64,000 bases of DNA from Botryllus schlosseri (taxonomy: Eukaryota). The position numbers were made by a program, and so were the translations under genes. Under the pieces are notes generated by a model. The model was not told the DNA's origin. It ran no database searches and saw nothing but the letters and a program-made list of their open reading frames with translations. The stretch covers positions 34,722,001-34,786,000 of the forward strand of contig CM119372.1 in assembly GCA_051294905.1 (NCBI GenBank), in the 5' to 3' direction. Positions 38,295-52,057 of the stretch are shown here, in pieces; positions within the stretch are counted from its first letter, which is position 1; each line of letters begins with the position of its first letter.

Positions 38295-40185
38295 CAGTGG
38301 CGGCTCGTCCTATAGGGCAACTGGGGCATTGCCCCACCTAAAATTCTGTTCAATAACAATTCTTTACCATTTATAGACGCACACCTATCTATATAAACCG
38401 AAATCACAGCGAAAATCGTATACTTCTTGTCCTTTCGCTTGTAAATGCCCATATATAGCGAAGTCTATGCGAAAATCAAATTATCTTCTGTGTTTTCGCT
38501 TTGCGAATGCCTAGCCGGGGCTTGCCCCGGTAGCGCTCATAACAAGCTTTCACTGTCTATTCTCTCAAAACCGCGCATAATAAAGAAACGGTGATTTACT
38601 CTCTCCTATTCATAAAATTACCGAGCAACCGGGGCACGATAGCTCTGTGCCCTTAAGGTGTGATGTAACAATCGTATCTATAGCTGAACTCTGTTACCGT
38701 CATATGCGTTTAGTCGACCTTTGTTGGTATAGGTCGATTTTAATGGGGTTTCACACCATGAAAACTCTTGAAACTTGTTATGTCATGTCGTGATGGTGGT
38801 ATTTAACACTGCCCCAAGTTTCAGGGTTTCTACTTAAAGTTTAGGGTAGTAATTCCGTTTCCGAAGTTGAGTGTGTGCTGATCCGTCATGTATCGCAAAC
38901 AGATTTTACTCAAAAGCCGGTATTGGTATCCATTGGTTTTGACGGTGTTCAATACTGAGATCGGTTATGACATTTGGCACGGTAAGTCTTAATGTTAGTA
39001 TCGAACGCTGTACCAAGTTTTAAGTTTGTCACTGAACTGTGTTAGTGGTAATTTCGTTTCCTAATTCGAGTGAGAGCTGACTCGTCATTTATCGCTAACA
39101 GATTATACGCAAAGCCGGTATTGGTCTCTATTGATTTTAACGATGCTCCTTACCTAGATCCGTCATAAGCTTTTGCACGGTATGTCTTGATTTTAGTATC
39201 GAACGCTGTGCCAAGTCTCAAGGTTGACACTCAATGATTAGGGCAGTAATTTCGTTATCAAGGTCGAGTATGGTAAAGATGTGCTCCGATCTGACACTTT
39301 AGCCTACAACACATTGCGGATTTCACGCAAAAGCCGGTGTATCTGCGGTAACGTTAAGTGAGATGATGATATCATTCTCAGTTTGCATTCAAATATTTAC
39401 TTTGATCGTATATTCTCCAATGTCAATTTCACCGTGAAATTGTGGCCTTCAAGCCATTTGCGTACAACCCCTCGTCACTTGATCAGCCTATTCCTCAGTA
39501 AATTTTACGCAAAATTCGGTGTTGGTCTGTTCGCATTAATTTTGACAGTGTACCATACCGAAAAGGGCCATGAGGCCACTTCTCGATAATGTCATGTAAC
39601 AGTGTACCAAGATTAAGGCTTTCATCCACGTATTTATTCGGTAATATATTTTTCAAAGGCGATTTCGCAGCAGACCTATAAGACAGTAATAAAAACGTAT
39701 GTGTCGTGTTACAGTCTCCAGTTTCAAGGCCAAAATCTCTTATGCTGTACCGAGACCAAATTTCCGAGGCTGCTATTCTTAGTCCTTTACAATGATGTTT
39801 TGGATTCAATAGGACAGGCCCAATCTATGAGATAACAATTGCGTATCTGTCCGAATTCGTTTACCTTTTTAATTAGGCTTACGCTATCTCTCGAGTTATA
39901 GTCATTTCCATTTCTGCAGATAATTAGTCAGGTCTAATGCGAACATGAACCGTGTTGAATCTTTGTTCCGTACGCCGTTTACGCAGTTACCACACTTCAA
40001 GTCACAGCTCACCAGCGGACCTCTCGTGGCATATACGTTAAAATCACTGTTGCCGGGAAATTCATGTTACCGTACCATCATTAAGTTACTTGTTTACGTT
40101 GGAAAACGCCATTGTGACGTCATCTTGATAAAAAGTCGCTTGCAGCCCTTGCCCCACCACCCGATATTGTCACGAGCCGCCACTG
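38295..40185 (+). mobile_element. 1.9-kb non-autonomous hAT-type element, copy 1, with internal ~200-bp degenerate repeats
   Basis: TIR CAGTGGCGGCTCGT...ACGAGCCGCCACTG; TSD CTATTATA at 38287-38294 and 40186-40193. Confidence 0.93.
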
Positions 40186-41361
40186 CTATTATATTAATGT
40201 ACAATTGTACACGATACCTAGCGACGATTACGACCACATCATGTCACAATGCTGCGGTATATATCGACGTTTTAAACGTCGCCATATGTATCAACTGGGG
40301 CCATCTAATGATATAATATTCCCATAAAATCAATATCTTCTGTCGTTTTGCCAACAATTTCGACGAGGACTTGCAAGGGAATATAAGCTTCGTCTCAACG
40401 GTCTGGGCCAGACCGGACAATATGTTCAGCGTCTGAGTATTGTAACGTTGATATTGAGCAGAGTGTATAACGGGGTTCTATACTTGCTACCGATATTACC
40501 CCATTACCAAGTTACAGCAGTAGCCAACACCCCAATCGCACGGATTTGGTTTTTATAATACAATAAACATATGAAATCAAGATTGGCCAGTACGCCTGGT
40601 AGATTTTTTTACATCAGACAAGGATATCAATTTCATTGATTGGTTGAATAAGCATCATTCTCCGACTACCTACACGAAGTGTATTTCGCTCTTGATGTTG
40701 TGTGATTGCGGGTCAAGTTCACAGCAGAGATTCACTACATATTCGAGCAACGTTTGTAACAAAACACGTAAACTTTTGAGGTTGTCAAGGTGAATGCTCG
40801 CTTAGTGTTGATTTTTTGATGCTGCCAGCGCCATGCATATAGTGCATATGCACAAAAGTTGAGTAAAGCCAAAAATTTTCATCACGCTTCACGCGCAGTG
40901 GATACGAAATGACCTGTATGATTTCACGCAAGTATCGGTGAACTTAATTTAGGTCGCGGGTTGGCTTGGTTCCGTTTACACCAATGGTTCTCAACCGCCG
41001 GTCCGCGACGACATTCCTGCCGGTCCGCGAGGTATATTACAATTTTATACTTCAATTTCAAGATGTAATGTCGAAGGCTGGTCCATTGATAGAATAAATA
41101 AAACATAAAATTTTAAAATGATTCAAAAATTCGTGAGGTAACATTAAACCGGAAACCGGAAACCGGATACTCTGCATTAGAAACCTAGCATTGTCGTGAT
41201 TCCCGATCTGTGATCGTGCTTACACACGATGCGTGAAAGATGAGTCGTATAAATATTGCATGGGAATGCATAATATATGTTATGATTAGTGACTGGTATG
41301 TATATCGCGTTAGAGAGGCGCTACATCAGCTACGCTTTCATTCGGTTAAGGGTGTAAACAG

Positions 41362-42325
41362 CAGTGTAGGAATCAAGTCACTACCTTCGAGTCACGAGTC
41401 ATTTCGAGTCATTGCACATTTTGACTCGAGTCAAGTCAAGTCAATCGATTTTTGAAGGTGACTCGAGTCAAGTCAAGTCACTCGATTTTTGGAGATGACT
41501 CGAGTCAAGTCGAGTCAAGTCAAGTCAAGTCACGAGTCAAGTCAAAATTCAAGTCAAGTTGCCTTTTCGAAGTATAAAGCATGGTTACGTCATTATATTT
41601 CGCCAGCTGTCTGAATTACAAATTAATTGGTCATTGATTCTGAACCGACGAACGAATATAGAGTTAAATATACATGCAATAAGGGGCTGTATCGCTTACA
41701 TATGCGTAGAACTGCTAAACTGCGTAATTGCATAGCCTCAGTTAATAGTTACCAGCCAAAATAAATAATAAAGAAACGAATTGATAAGATGCAATACATT
41801 ACCCATTTATACATATTGATATGATACAATTCGTGTCTGCGCCAATGGTTGAGGAATATATAAACTCTATTCGATTTTAATTTCAAAATAAAATAAAAGG
41901 TTCGGTTAAGGTAAGAACAGCAAGAGATATTTTGGTATTAAACTACTCGACTACTAGTTTACGACAACGTAAGCTGTAAGCTTCGATCGCTTCGTTTGTG
42001 GTCAATATATTTGTTGGAGAATAATGTAGGCTCAGTAAAACACACGATCATTGAATGATTGGTCGCTCTCACGAGTTACGCCAGCGTTTGACGAGCAATC
42101 CGAACATGCAAGATACAGTGATTTTTATCGTCACCGAATGCTTGATGACTTGAAATTGACTCGTGAATTTTGCTCCGAGTCACGAGTCAATCCATATTTT
42201 TGATACGCCGAGTCAAGTCAAGTCAAGTCATTTTACCAAAGTGACTCGAGTCAAGTCAAGTCATACCAAAAAGTTGACTCGAGTCTGACTCGAGTCAAGT
42301 CATGACTCGAGTCATCCCAACACTG
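41362..42325. mobile_element. 964-bp hAT-type MITE with GACTCGAGTCAAGTC subterminal repeats
   Basis: CAGTGT...ACACTG ends; TSD GTAAACAG at 41354-41361 and 42326-42333. Confidence 0.9.
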
Positions 42326-44640
42326 GTAAACAGTATCGATTACATCTAATTATATCCACGTATCATGTTCACAATCAAGTCAATGTTACGATGGCTAATA
42401 TAGTGATCAAAGCTGTGTGTATCGCATATCACGAAACTACCAGTTCCGATCACAACAATGTCGACGCTTCTATTCTATGATGTGTCAATTTCGGCGGATA
42501 TAGTGCGAAGCAGTATTCCGACATCATGATAATGTAAGGAGTCACCTTGGGGATGCCGCTTCACTGCATTTTTAGGCAGGTGTGGTCAGAATTGATGCAA
42601 TGTGAGTATATAGTAGCTGCTTGTTGAACGTCTGATATAGTTGTGTTTGGTTCGATCAACAAGTAGTGTCATTCAGCCGTAAAATTTAGTGATACGTCGC
42701 CTGAATAGACTAAAACGATGGGTCTTACCTTTTGTTCAATTTGACGCCCCCTTAACATCATCTACTTTGCTTCATTCACATCAATTAAACGGTCTTGTTA
42801 GAGTTCTGACGTGAATTCTTCTATCGAGACTCACGGTTGCGTGAGTCTATACGAGATTAAGCTGTAGAGCAGGATTCAGACGTCTCGGTTACTCCTGAGC
42901 CCGACATCGACATGTCAAATGATCCCACAATCAATACCATTTTTCGATTGTACGCTCCAATATTATGGATATAGGCCTACATAATATATAATAATACGGA
43001 TCATTATGCCTCTATTCTGGAAAAATGTTCATTCGCATACAATGAGATTAGCAATATATGGTTGATTGAACGCAGTTATGAATCATTAAAACGGCGGCTC
43101 TGAAGCTAATGGTCACGGCGATATAAGGTCGCTATCTCATCTCCCTTTCCTTTGTTCCTGATGCGATGTTTGCACTGCGTCTGCGTAGCAAGGAATACAA
43201 GGGATTTTGCCTTAAACGAATTTGGTTGATTATTATTAAATCCTCATTCGACAGTTTAGTTTTGCGTCTTTGCCTATGCGACTAACTGGTATTCCGTCGG
43301 ACTTTCTTTGAAAATTCTGCACTCTGGGTGTAGTTTTCGCTCTTTCCAGAATTAAGAGTCAATGTGACATACTTTTAGTTGATGGTGACTATCGTGACGT
43401 TTCTACATTGTAGCCGGACGATCATAATGTGACTTATGAACTTGTTGGACATTTGAGATGTTCGGAAAAAATTAAATTGACAGCATTTCTCAATAAAAAT
43501 TGTAGTTTCTGATTGAAATGGGCCGGAAAATACTAGCATTGCTTCATTCACTCTGCATTGCATCACAAGTTGTATGTTTTGCATCCCTGTTGTAGAGTAT
43601 ATGCCACGGATCGCGCACCCCGAAAAGTAGTTTAAGGTTTAAAAAAGGAACGAAAACCCGTGACTGCCTTTGAAAACCGACGGCCTGATGTCTTATGGTG
43701 TTGTATTTTACTAATCAAGGTCTGTCGACATGCATCCTATGGTCATTGGTCATAGCAATTGTACACCAGCCCGCAGATATTTTTTATGATTTCTGAGCTG
43801 AGTTATGGGAGTTTGGATGGTATCGCTCATTGTCCAGGTATGAGATGACAAGATAAATAGTTAGGTTGGAACTCGGGAATAGATCCCGGTCGGAATTGCA
43901 CCCGCGACTCAGTGATGTTGTACCTGTAAAACATACCACTACGATATACAGTATTTATTATTCGTCACCATCATGCCGTATCGTGCGTATGGATCAATTG
44001 CAATTATTGGTGACCTAATTGTCGTGTCATTGCCTGTCTGTCAAGTTTTAAGGATGGTCACTGCAACTACATCGTAGCATTTATATATTTCGGTAGCCTT
44101 CTCTTGTGACATCGGAGAACAAACTTTCTTAAAAACGAATCACGCTAGGCGAAGAACTGGATAAACATCAAACTTAAAGGTCAGTCATTCATTTTGTATT
44201 CAAACTGATTGGATTTTTCACACGATTATTCATTCCGTGATTAATATATAATTAGACATTTTCGTCCTACAGCGATTATCAACTTTCAAAGTATAGGTCG
44301 ATAATGCCAAAAATACTAAAATCGGTGAATCAGCGGTATATGTGTGCTTAGTTCTTGTGGATGCACATCTAAGACTGACATTATTATCAATTACCACCAT
44401 ACTTATATCAGCCAATAGTTCGCGTTGGAATCATAATTACGGGTTAGTCGCACCAATAATGTTAGTCCAAGAATGTGAATTCGCATAATTTCGAATAGTT
44501 TTCATGTGCATTTGTCATCCAATCTGATTCAAGTTAAACGAACCATGTTTGCTATCAATCTTCAATTATTTTATCGCTGTGATCGACGTTGTATTTACCA
44601 CGTGTGAGGAAGTTGCGAAATAACGCCGGTAACGTCCTAC

Positions 44641-46078
44641 CTTGCATATGAGTGTCGGAAGTTGGAACATTTCGCGTCCGTACGTTTTGCGATACACTAC
44701 AAAGCCGCTGTTAACAGCTGATGCAATATCACTGACACATAAACTCACCAATATGTGGTTGAATGCAGATCTGGAACAAATAAATTGAAGATAAAGTGAT
44801 GTGCTGATCTCGCATGAATAGAGTTCGATTCCTGTAAGCGTATAGGAACATAGTGCTCTTCGTGGAATGGATAAGACCGGGCCTGCTATCACTGGCAATA
44901 ACTGCGATACCAGGAAATAAAATTTAGTCTCTTTTGAGTTGGACGATTGGAGCGATTTAATCTCATTAGTGCGGATGGTACTGCTCTGCGATTTTCACAA
45001 ACAAGTAATCGTAGCTATGTTCGAGGTGACTTAAGCCGCGAACAGTGTTATTCTGTAATTTCATGGAATTGAATAAACAACTTTGGTACAAAAAATGGTG
45101 TGGATAGGGAAACTAAAGGATAGCTAGATATCCCCGGAGAAACTTTATCGTAATGTATTTTCACGACAGATATCGCACAAGTCATGGCATTATACCCATA
45201 TGAATATCCATCATAAGAGCAGATACATACTAACTACAGCCTGCTCATCAAATCTTTCGCGCTCTTCTCATTTAAGTATATCCAAAACTGTGATGACAGC
45301 AATGGTCATATTTTTAATAGCAATCTGCGGCACAGGATGTTTGATATACCATGATATATACAAAGTTGAAATTATGCTCTTCCAAAGTAATATCCTTCAT
45401 TCGTATTTCGTAGGCTATCATTTACAAGAAAATAACATATCGAAACCCTCTACCTTTCAGTTCATTATATTTAAAAATGATGTCCAATCGTGGTAATATA
45501 CGGTATGTACTTTTGACTCACTTTTTCAGGGAAGCATTATCGTAAATGACGAGAATTGTGACTACGTTTGCTGCGATACCGAACACAGCCATGATTGCAA
45601 TTGAAACAATCAGTGCGATAGCTTCCGAGTCTGCGAACGACGCTCTGTAATATAGTATACTGGTTAATATGATTTGGTCTTTTTATAAAGGGTATGGTGG
45701 CTAATATTGTCTCAAAACCCGATTTCATTGCAGAAGAGCTTGGATTTATGGTCAAAATTCTAAGATGTAACACTATATATATAGGTGGATTCGTAGCTCA
45801 AAGATCCAATATTCCGCTGTAAACCATGTGAACCTTCATGGATTAAATGATCAATATGCAATATACAATTAAACTGAAGCCGGACTGGTGCTTGCATCAT
45901 TACTGTCTGTACTCAAACATTGACGAATTTCCATCTTGCCTCACGATGTTGAAGGATTAAGTTGTTAGTTCGAATTGTGTTACTTACTGATCCCTAATGG
46001 TGATTCATTGCAAATATCGTTAAGTCGTAGCACGTCCTACCCAAATTGTCCGTAAGTTTCATTTGAAACCGACAGCAT
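44641..46078 (-). CDS. 5' part of a class A (rhodopsin-like) GPCR gene: exons 46078-46041, 45644-45522, 44770-44641
   Basis: GT-AG junctions splice in phase to MLSVSNETYGQFGASFADSEAIALIVSIAIMAVFGIAANVVTILVIYDNASLKKSAFNHILVSLCVSDIASAVNSGFVVYRKTYGREMFQLPTLICK: N-glycosylation site, TM1 G..xN, TM2 LxxxD, Cys at the top of TM3. First exon is least certain; downstream exons not found. Confidence 0.8.
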
Positions 46079-46648
46079 AGTCGCAAGGTTTTGCTCCGCT
46101 GAATCCGTATCTCCGGGGTGATTTCGTGGGTTAGTTTCGTGACACGGAATGAACGCTCGATGAATACTTTGGTAAAGGCAGACTATACAAACGATCCAAC
46201 TGCTTAGCACACATTTTTAGCGTAATAAGTCGATATTTTATCATCAGATGCTGATGTTTTAGTGTTCATCGCACCTCGACTATATTGGTCATTGACTACA
46301 TTGGTCACCTGACCGGTATTCGTTATTATGATCAATGGGATGCGACCTTTTAGTACGGATTTTTTTAGTGCTTTATAGGCTTTTCTAACACACCCCACAG
46401 ACCAGGGTTTCCCAAACTTTTTATGGTCGCGATCCTAATTTGCAATTTGAAATTGTCCCCGACCCAACCTCATAACTTGGTGTGCTGATTCCTAAAAACT
46501 GGTCAACACTTTCGCTCAGACCTACTCAAGGTCTATGTGAGAAAGCTGGCGACTATGTGCGCAGTAATAGCAATTATGCAATTATGAACTCTTCCACCTC
46601 CATCCTTAGATTAAGAAAATCAACGAAGATTATAGCAACGTATATTTC

Positions 46649-48060
46649 GTAGGGGTGGTGTGAACGTGAGGTTCACGTTCGCGTTCTGTATATGAACCTA
46701 GGAAATTTAGAGGCTCACGCTCACAAACGAACCTTGGTACGTTCTGCGCTGTGAACCTTTTTCATATATTAGAATTTTTGACGTCAATAAAACATCTTTG
46801 GTTATAATTATTTGCATTTCAACTCCGGGCCAATCTGTGCATCGCGCTGGCTGCATAAAAAAATCAATACTGAACGAGTATGTACTTTCCAATATCGAAA
46901 AAGTTTGCTCGAAATATTTAGCTTTCCGTTAGTGAATATTTAGTTACTCTCTGCTGTGAGCTTGACCCGCGATCACACAACATCAAGAACGAAATACGCT
47001 ACATGTAGGTATAGTCAGTGAATAATGCTTATTCAACCAATCAATGAAATTGATACAAAGAATACATCGTTATTTAATGTAAAGAATCCAGTACGCATAC
47101 GAGATCCATCTTGATTTGATATATTTATTGTATCATAAAAATGAAATCCTTGCGATTGGACTGTTGGCTAACTTGTTTATTGGTTAATATCGGTAGCAAG
47201 TATAGAAGCCTGTTTTACACTCTGCTCAATATCAATGTACCAATAATCTGATGTCGAATACGTTGTCCGGTCTGGCCTAGATTGTTAAGGCGTAAGCTCA
47301 TATTCCCTTGCAAGTCCTCATCGAAATTGTTGACCAAGCGACGGATGATATTGATTTTATGGGATTATTATAGCATTTGCTTGCTTCAGTTGATACATTT
47401 GGTGACGTTTGAAATGTCAGCATATACTTCAGCATTGTGGCGTATTGTGGCGTATTGTGGCCTGGGTCATCGCTAGGTATCGTTTACACTGATATGTAGT
47501 AGGGCGGAGCACGAACCGGAGCCGGATTGGATATCCAGCCGGATTTTTTCAATTTTAGCTGGAGCCGGATCGGAGCCGGATCAGTACTTTTTCTGATACG
47601 GCCGGAGCCGAATCAGTACTTTTTTGATACGGCTATAAGGATCTTTATTGATAAGCATGACCTTTGTAACTAAATAACTACCAACGAACCACACACAATT
47701 AACCGCCAAGCGAGTGCAAAAATAAACGAGCCGTGTTTATATATTCACGGAGCAACCGTACCATGTAGGGCGGAGCATGGACCGGAGACGGATTCGATAT
47801 CCGGCCGGATTTGTTCATTTTTAGCCGGAGCCTGATCAGTACTTTTCCTGATACGGCCGGAGCCGGACCAGATAACTGAAAAACAGGATCGGAGTCGGAC
47901 CAGAGAATTTGTTGATCCGCTCCGCACTAATATGTAGGGTTGGAATTACCAATATGACGTCACGAGACGTTATAGGTTCACGTTGGCGTTCACACAGAAC
48001 CTATCAAAAAGGTTCGCGTTCACACGAACCTGAACCTTTCAGAGGTTCGCGCAATCCCTA
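46649..48060 (+). mobile_element. Old ~1-kb dispersed repeat with GTGAAC/GTTCAC-rich ends; relatives at ~23750-24220, ~38141-40730 (inverted), ~6315-6430 and ~26220-26330
   Basis: Shared blocks such as ATGCTTATTCAACCAATCAA, CAAGTATAGAA and GGTTCGCGTTCACACGAACCTGAACCTTTCAGAGGTTC recur at these loci; no TSD found. Confidence 0.65.
47500..47929. mobile_element. 430-bp hAT-type MITE with GCCGGA repeats and an internal duplicate of its left end (~47766)
   Basis: TAGGGCGGAGC...GCTCCGCACTA; TSD ATATGTAG at 47492-47499 and 47930-47937. Confidence 0.85.
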
Positions 48061-49139
48061 TCCCCAGCGTTAAGATTCGATACTTAGTTTGCCAAACAAC
48101 GCACACCATATCAGTCAACATTTATTAATAGCTTCATCGTGGACATTTTATTCTCCGGAAGTTCAGATTTCACAATACTGTTTCCGAGCTCATCAAAAAA
48201 AGGAATTTAGTGATGCAGTTTTTGTCACACTTTTGTGGCCTGTAATCCACTTACAAAGCAACTGGATGCTGCAAGCTCCGAACACAACACAATAGCGACA
48301 CTAAATGTTACATATTCAAATTATTTCTTGCAAATATGCATCATCCCACAGTAGACAATATCTACGATTACGTTCTCAAATTTCCTAACATAAAGTTAAA
48401 CTATCCTCTCCTTGTCCAATACGTTGTTAAGTAACCTCTTGTCTATACGCGAAGAAGATATATAACTAAATTTCAATACCATTCTACAAAATTCATTATC
48501 AATATTTCATCGCGCCTGAAAATTATGTCTGAATAGTACTAGTTATGCCTACGGCCACCATAAAACCACACATCACAATCTAAGATCGAATTACTCGATT
48601 TGTTATTCGATGGTAACCTTTCATCACAACGTAATACAGTCTTGCGATTTATCCATACCATATCACATGCAGCGAAAGCCCTTGTGGAAAGCAACCCAAC
48701 CGTTATTTGCGCTACCTACCAGAAATGGTGAGCATAGTAGTACTTCTACTTTATGAAGTAACCCAGTGGTTTTCCACTACTTTTAGTACTTACTCAAGTA
48801 AATCTAATTTCCCGCTACTTCTAATAAGTAATATTTTGTGATTTACTTACCTACTTTTCGCTGTTTTAAGGTTGTGACGTAGAAGTAATATATTGCGAAA
48901 AATAGAGTGAGAAACTGAGGAATTTCGAGACTGTTTTTGCGGAGCACCAACAAGAATATAATTTTCACAAAATTTAAGTAAAGCCCAAGATTCTCGTCGC
49001 GCATCGTGCCAGGTAGATATGGAGTAATAAAGCCGTCTTAACGAAAGTAATGGCCAATATAATTTACGTAGCGGGTTGCGTGGTTCTGTTCGCACCGCAT
49101 TGTCTGCCATATGTCATGTTTCATCAAAGTAAACATGGC

Positions 49140-49802
49140 TCATCACGATCTGGCCGATTATCGAGGCCATTATTCCGAACTTTCCCGATTATCGATATCG
49201 GCCTATGAATTGAATTTGAACTTAATTCAAACTCGTGTTCCAGTAGAAGAGGTCACTCTTCTAGTTAGCCATAATGACTCATCTATATCATGCATAATTC
49301 CATGCATCTCAATACTGAAGATGTTACCTCAAGAGTACTGAAAGTAGCCGTATAGATGACGAACTATAGCTATACCTCAAAGAACCGTTATTAAATAGGC
49401 AAAAAGATGACCCACTTGAATGGTGGAAAAGCAATAGCGAAATTGCTATAGAGTTACACTTGCAAGACAAGTTTAACTGGTGAGCAATAAGCATGCAGAG
49501 AAACTGTGCTTCCTGATTATAATCTACCTCTACTGGACTGATCTGCTATTTTGTATCACGTTTGGCTTTTTGGGTCTGCGTAAATTCAAATGAATGTGCA
49601 CAATTCAGCAACAGTTCTTTTTGATTTCAGTTTGCTTCTTTGTTGTTTAGCTTTCTGTGGCATGTACCAGTGTCATCTTGCGTAATGTATAATACTTTGG
49701 GTAAATGGTTATCTGCTCCTTCCATATTATTATCGGCAATGTGAGCATGTCGATAATAGGTATCGGTATCAGCCTGCAAAAATCAATATCGGTCGACCTC
49801 TT
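49140..49802 (+). mobile_element. Deleted hAT transposon retaining part of the transposase C-terminal dimerisation domain
   Basis: 49352-49530 translates IDDEL*LYLKEPLLNRQKDDPLEWWKSNS...KHAEKLCFL; flanked by CCGAT/ATCGG repeats; boundaries approximate. Confidence 0.75.
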
Positions 49803-52057
49803 GTCTAGACACGCAAAACCGGTACATATTATTTGTGACGACACGCTATTTTTTGTTGCAGGTAATTAGGCGCGATCGGTAGATGAATTGTGAATGCCGT
49901 AGTTACCGGCCGTGCAGCGAGTTTGGGTTTAAAATCTAAACACCGTCCGTTTAAAGTGCCACTCTATCTCCAGTCTTAATTGCAATGGTTCTTAACCGGC
50001 ATTCCATGTAACATTAGGGGTTCGCCGAACCAGTCTCCAGGTTCTCTGGAGGTGAAGACATACACACTTAACTCATGTATGTGATTTGTGATGATACTCC
50101 CATTTTGGCCATCATTGGTTGCAGAAATTTAGACCTTTTGAGTGATTTTTATTCAAGTATGTACATAAAATATCAATAATTTCATAAAGAAAATCTTTCC
50201 CTTTCATCGGGTCATCTCGTCTCAGCCGTCGCCGAATTTAGACCAGACCAGTATATAGTCGAATTGCGACTGTTGCTGTGGTACGGCGTGTGTAACGGCA
50301 ATGGGGAGACGTGGAGCTCGAAATCGAACAAGGTGAAACCCCGCATTTTGAACTGATAACTGAACGAGAACAGCCGATTCATGAAAAGTGATGCATTGTT
50401 GGTCATAAGCATCCCAAATTTCGAGGTGAGGCTATCAAAGTTACGTCGGCATTTCATTTTCTTGCTGATCACCAGTTTCAAAAATTACCCGAGGACAGCT
50501 CAAAACCTTCCCGCGAGCCAAATGTGACGCGCGGGTCACGGGTGGGCCGTCCGTGCCCTAAGCATCCCACAGTCTCCGATAGTGTTTCCACAGACATCAA
50601 TGTCGGACAAATCTTATCATGGATACAATCATATTTGTGTAATGCAAAGGTCGACACGTTTTCATGATCAAGCCAAATTGTAGTACCGACTTTTCTGCGG
50701 GTTTCTCTTATTGGCTTGTTGGAGAAGCCCAACGAAATATCCTCGCTGCAAGAAATTCAACAAATATTACGAAGATCGCGCGCTCTGGTGCTGTCGCGAC
50801 CCAAAACTATACCCTTCTCGACTCATGACTAGGTCGTGAACCACACTGTAGGAACCCCTGTCATACAGCGATCATAATTGGTTGCATGCTAAATTATCTT
50901 TACTACGTAGTCATCAATTTCTTAGTTTTCTCTTTTCAACCACAGTTAAATGCTTTACCGTTTGTGATGTGCTAAATAGTGAAGTAACTGCGTGATTGTA
51001 GTAGCTTCCGAGATCTAGAACAAACGAGTACTTGTCAAAATTTGATTTTGTGAAGCCATGTTTTGCAGAATCTCGTGAAGCTGATGAGGTACTCAATACT
51101 TTCATCGAGTGGAAGCACTCGGCCGCGATAATGACGAAGAAGACATCGCGTGATACTGCATTATTGATGATGATCATGAACTTGTAATATAGGCATTGTC
51201 GTATAGAGATCTCAATATTTTGAATTCCCTAATTAAGCATTGAGCTTCCAACCATTTGCAGCATATTTACGTACCGCTAGATTCTTTCATTGCATAACTC
51301 TCAACTTCTCCATAAGACAAGAAAAATTAGTATTTAATACATAACGGTAGGTAGAAAATGCAGGGTACAGCTATGGTCTATTTACAGGGGTGGTCACTTA
51401 CGAAGTAGGTGATCCTTTTCGGAATTTACTCAAGTAGGTTTTATCTACTTGCAATACTCAGTCAAGTATTTATATGTTTTCGGACTACTTCAACTTCTAC
51501 TACTTACTATACTTAGTTTATATACCTTGACTTTTAAAAAGTAGAAAGTAGTTTTGGACTCTTTTTGTATCACTTTGCCTATCTTGCAATGTCGACAGCA
51601 GCACATTTCCGATTTACTGCGACGCCTCCACCTAATCTATTTTCACAGAACTAGTAATAATAATTTCCTGCTAGTAGTTCACGACTAGAAAACAGATGGA
51701 AACCATCGATGCGTACGATACAAAAGAGTCCCGCATTAAAAGATAATACAGAGGAACAGTTTCAGTGACATCTACATGTACCTGACAGGATCGATGGCCT
51801 GTTTTGTAATGAATCCTACTTTCTTGAACTGCTCCGCGAAGAACTGGTTGTCAGCACCTTCTCTGTGTCATATATCCCAATATAAAAACGTACCATACTA
51901 ACATTAAAACTGCATTATTTTGTAGATGAATGAGTCGTGGGTCGCGAGACGTTAATAAAACTCAGATTTCGGTCGCTTTCTAAAAAGTGTGAGGGCCACT
52001 CCATTACATTCATTTAGCTCTTAACTTCGTAGCAAAACGTCGTGGAAGTGTATCCAA

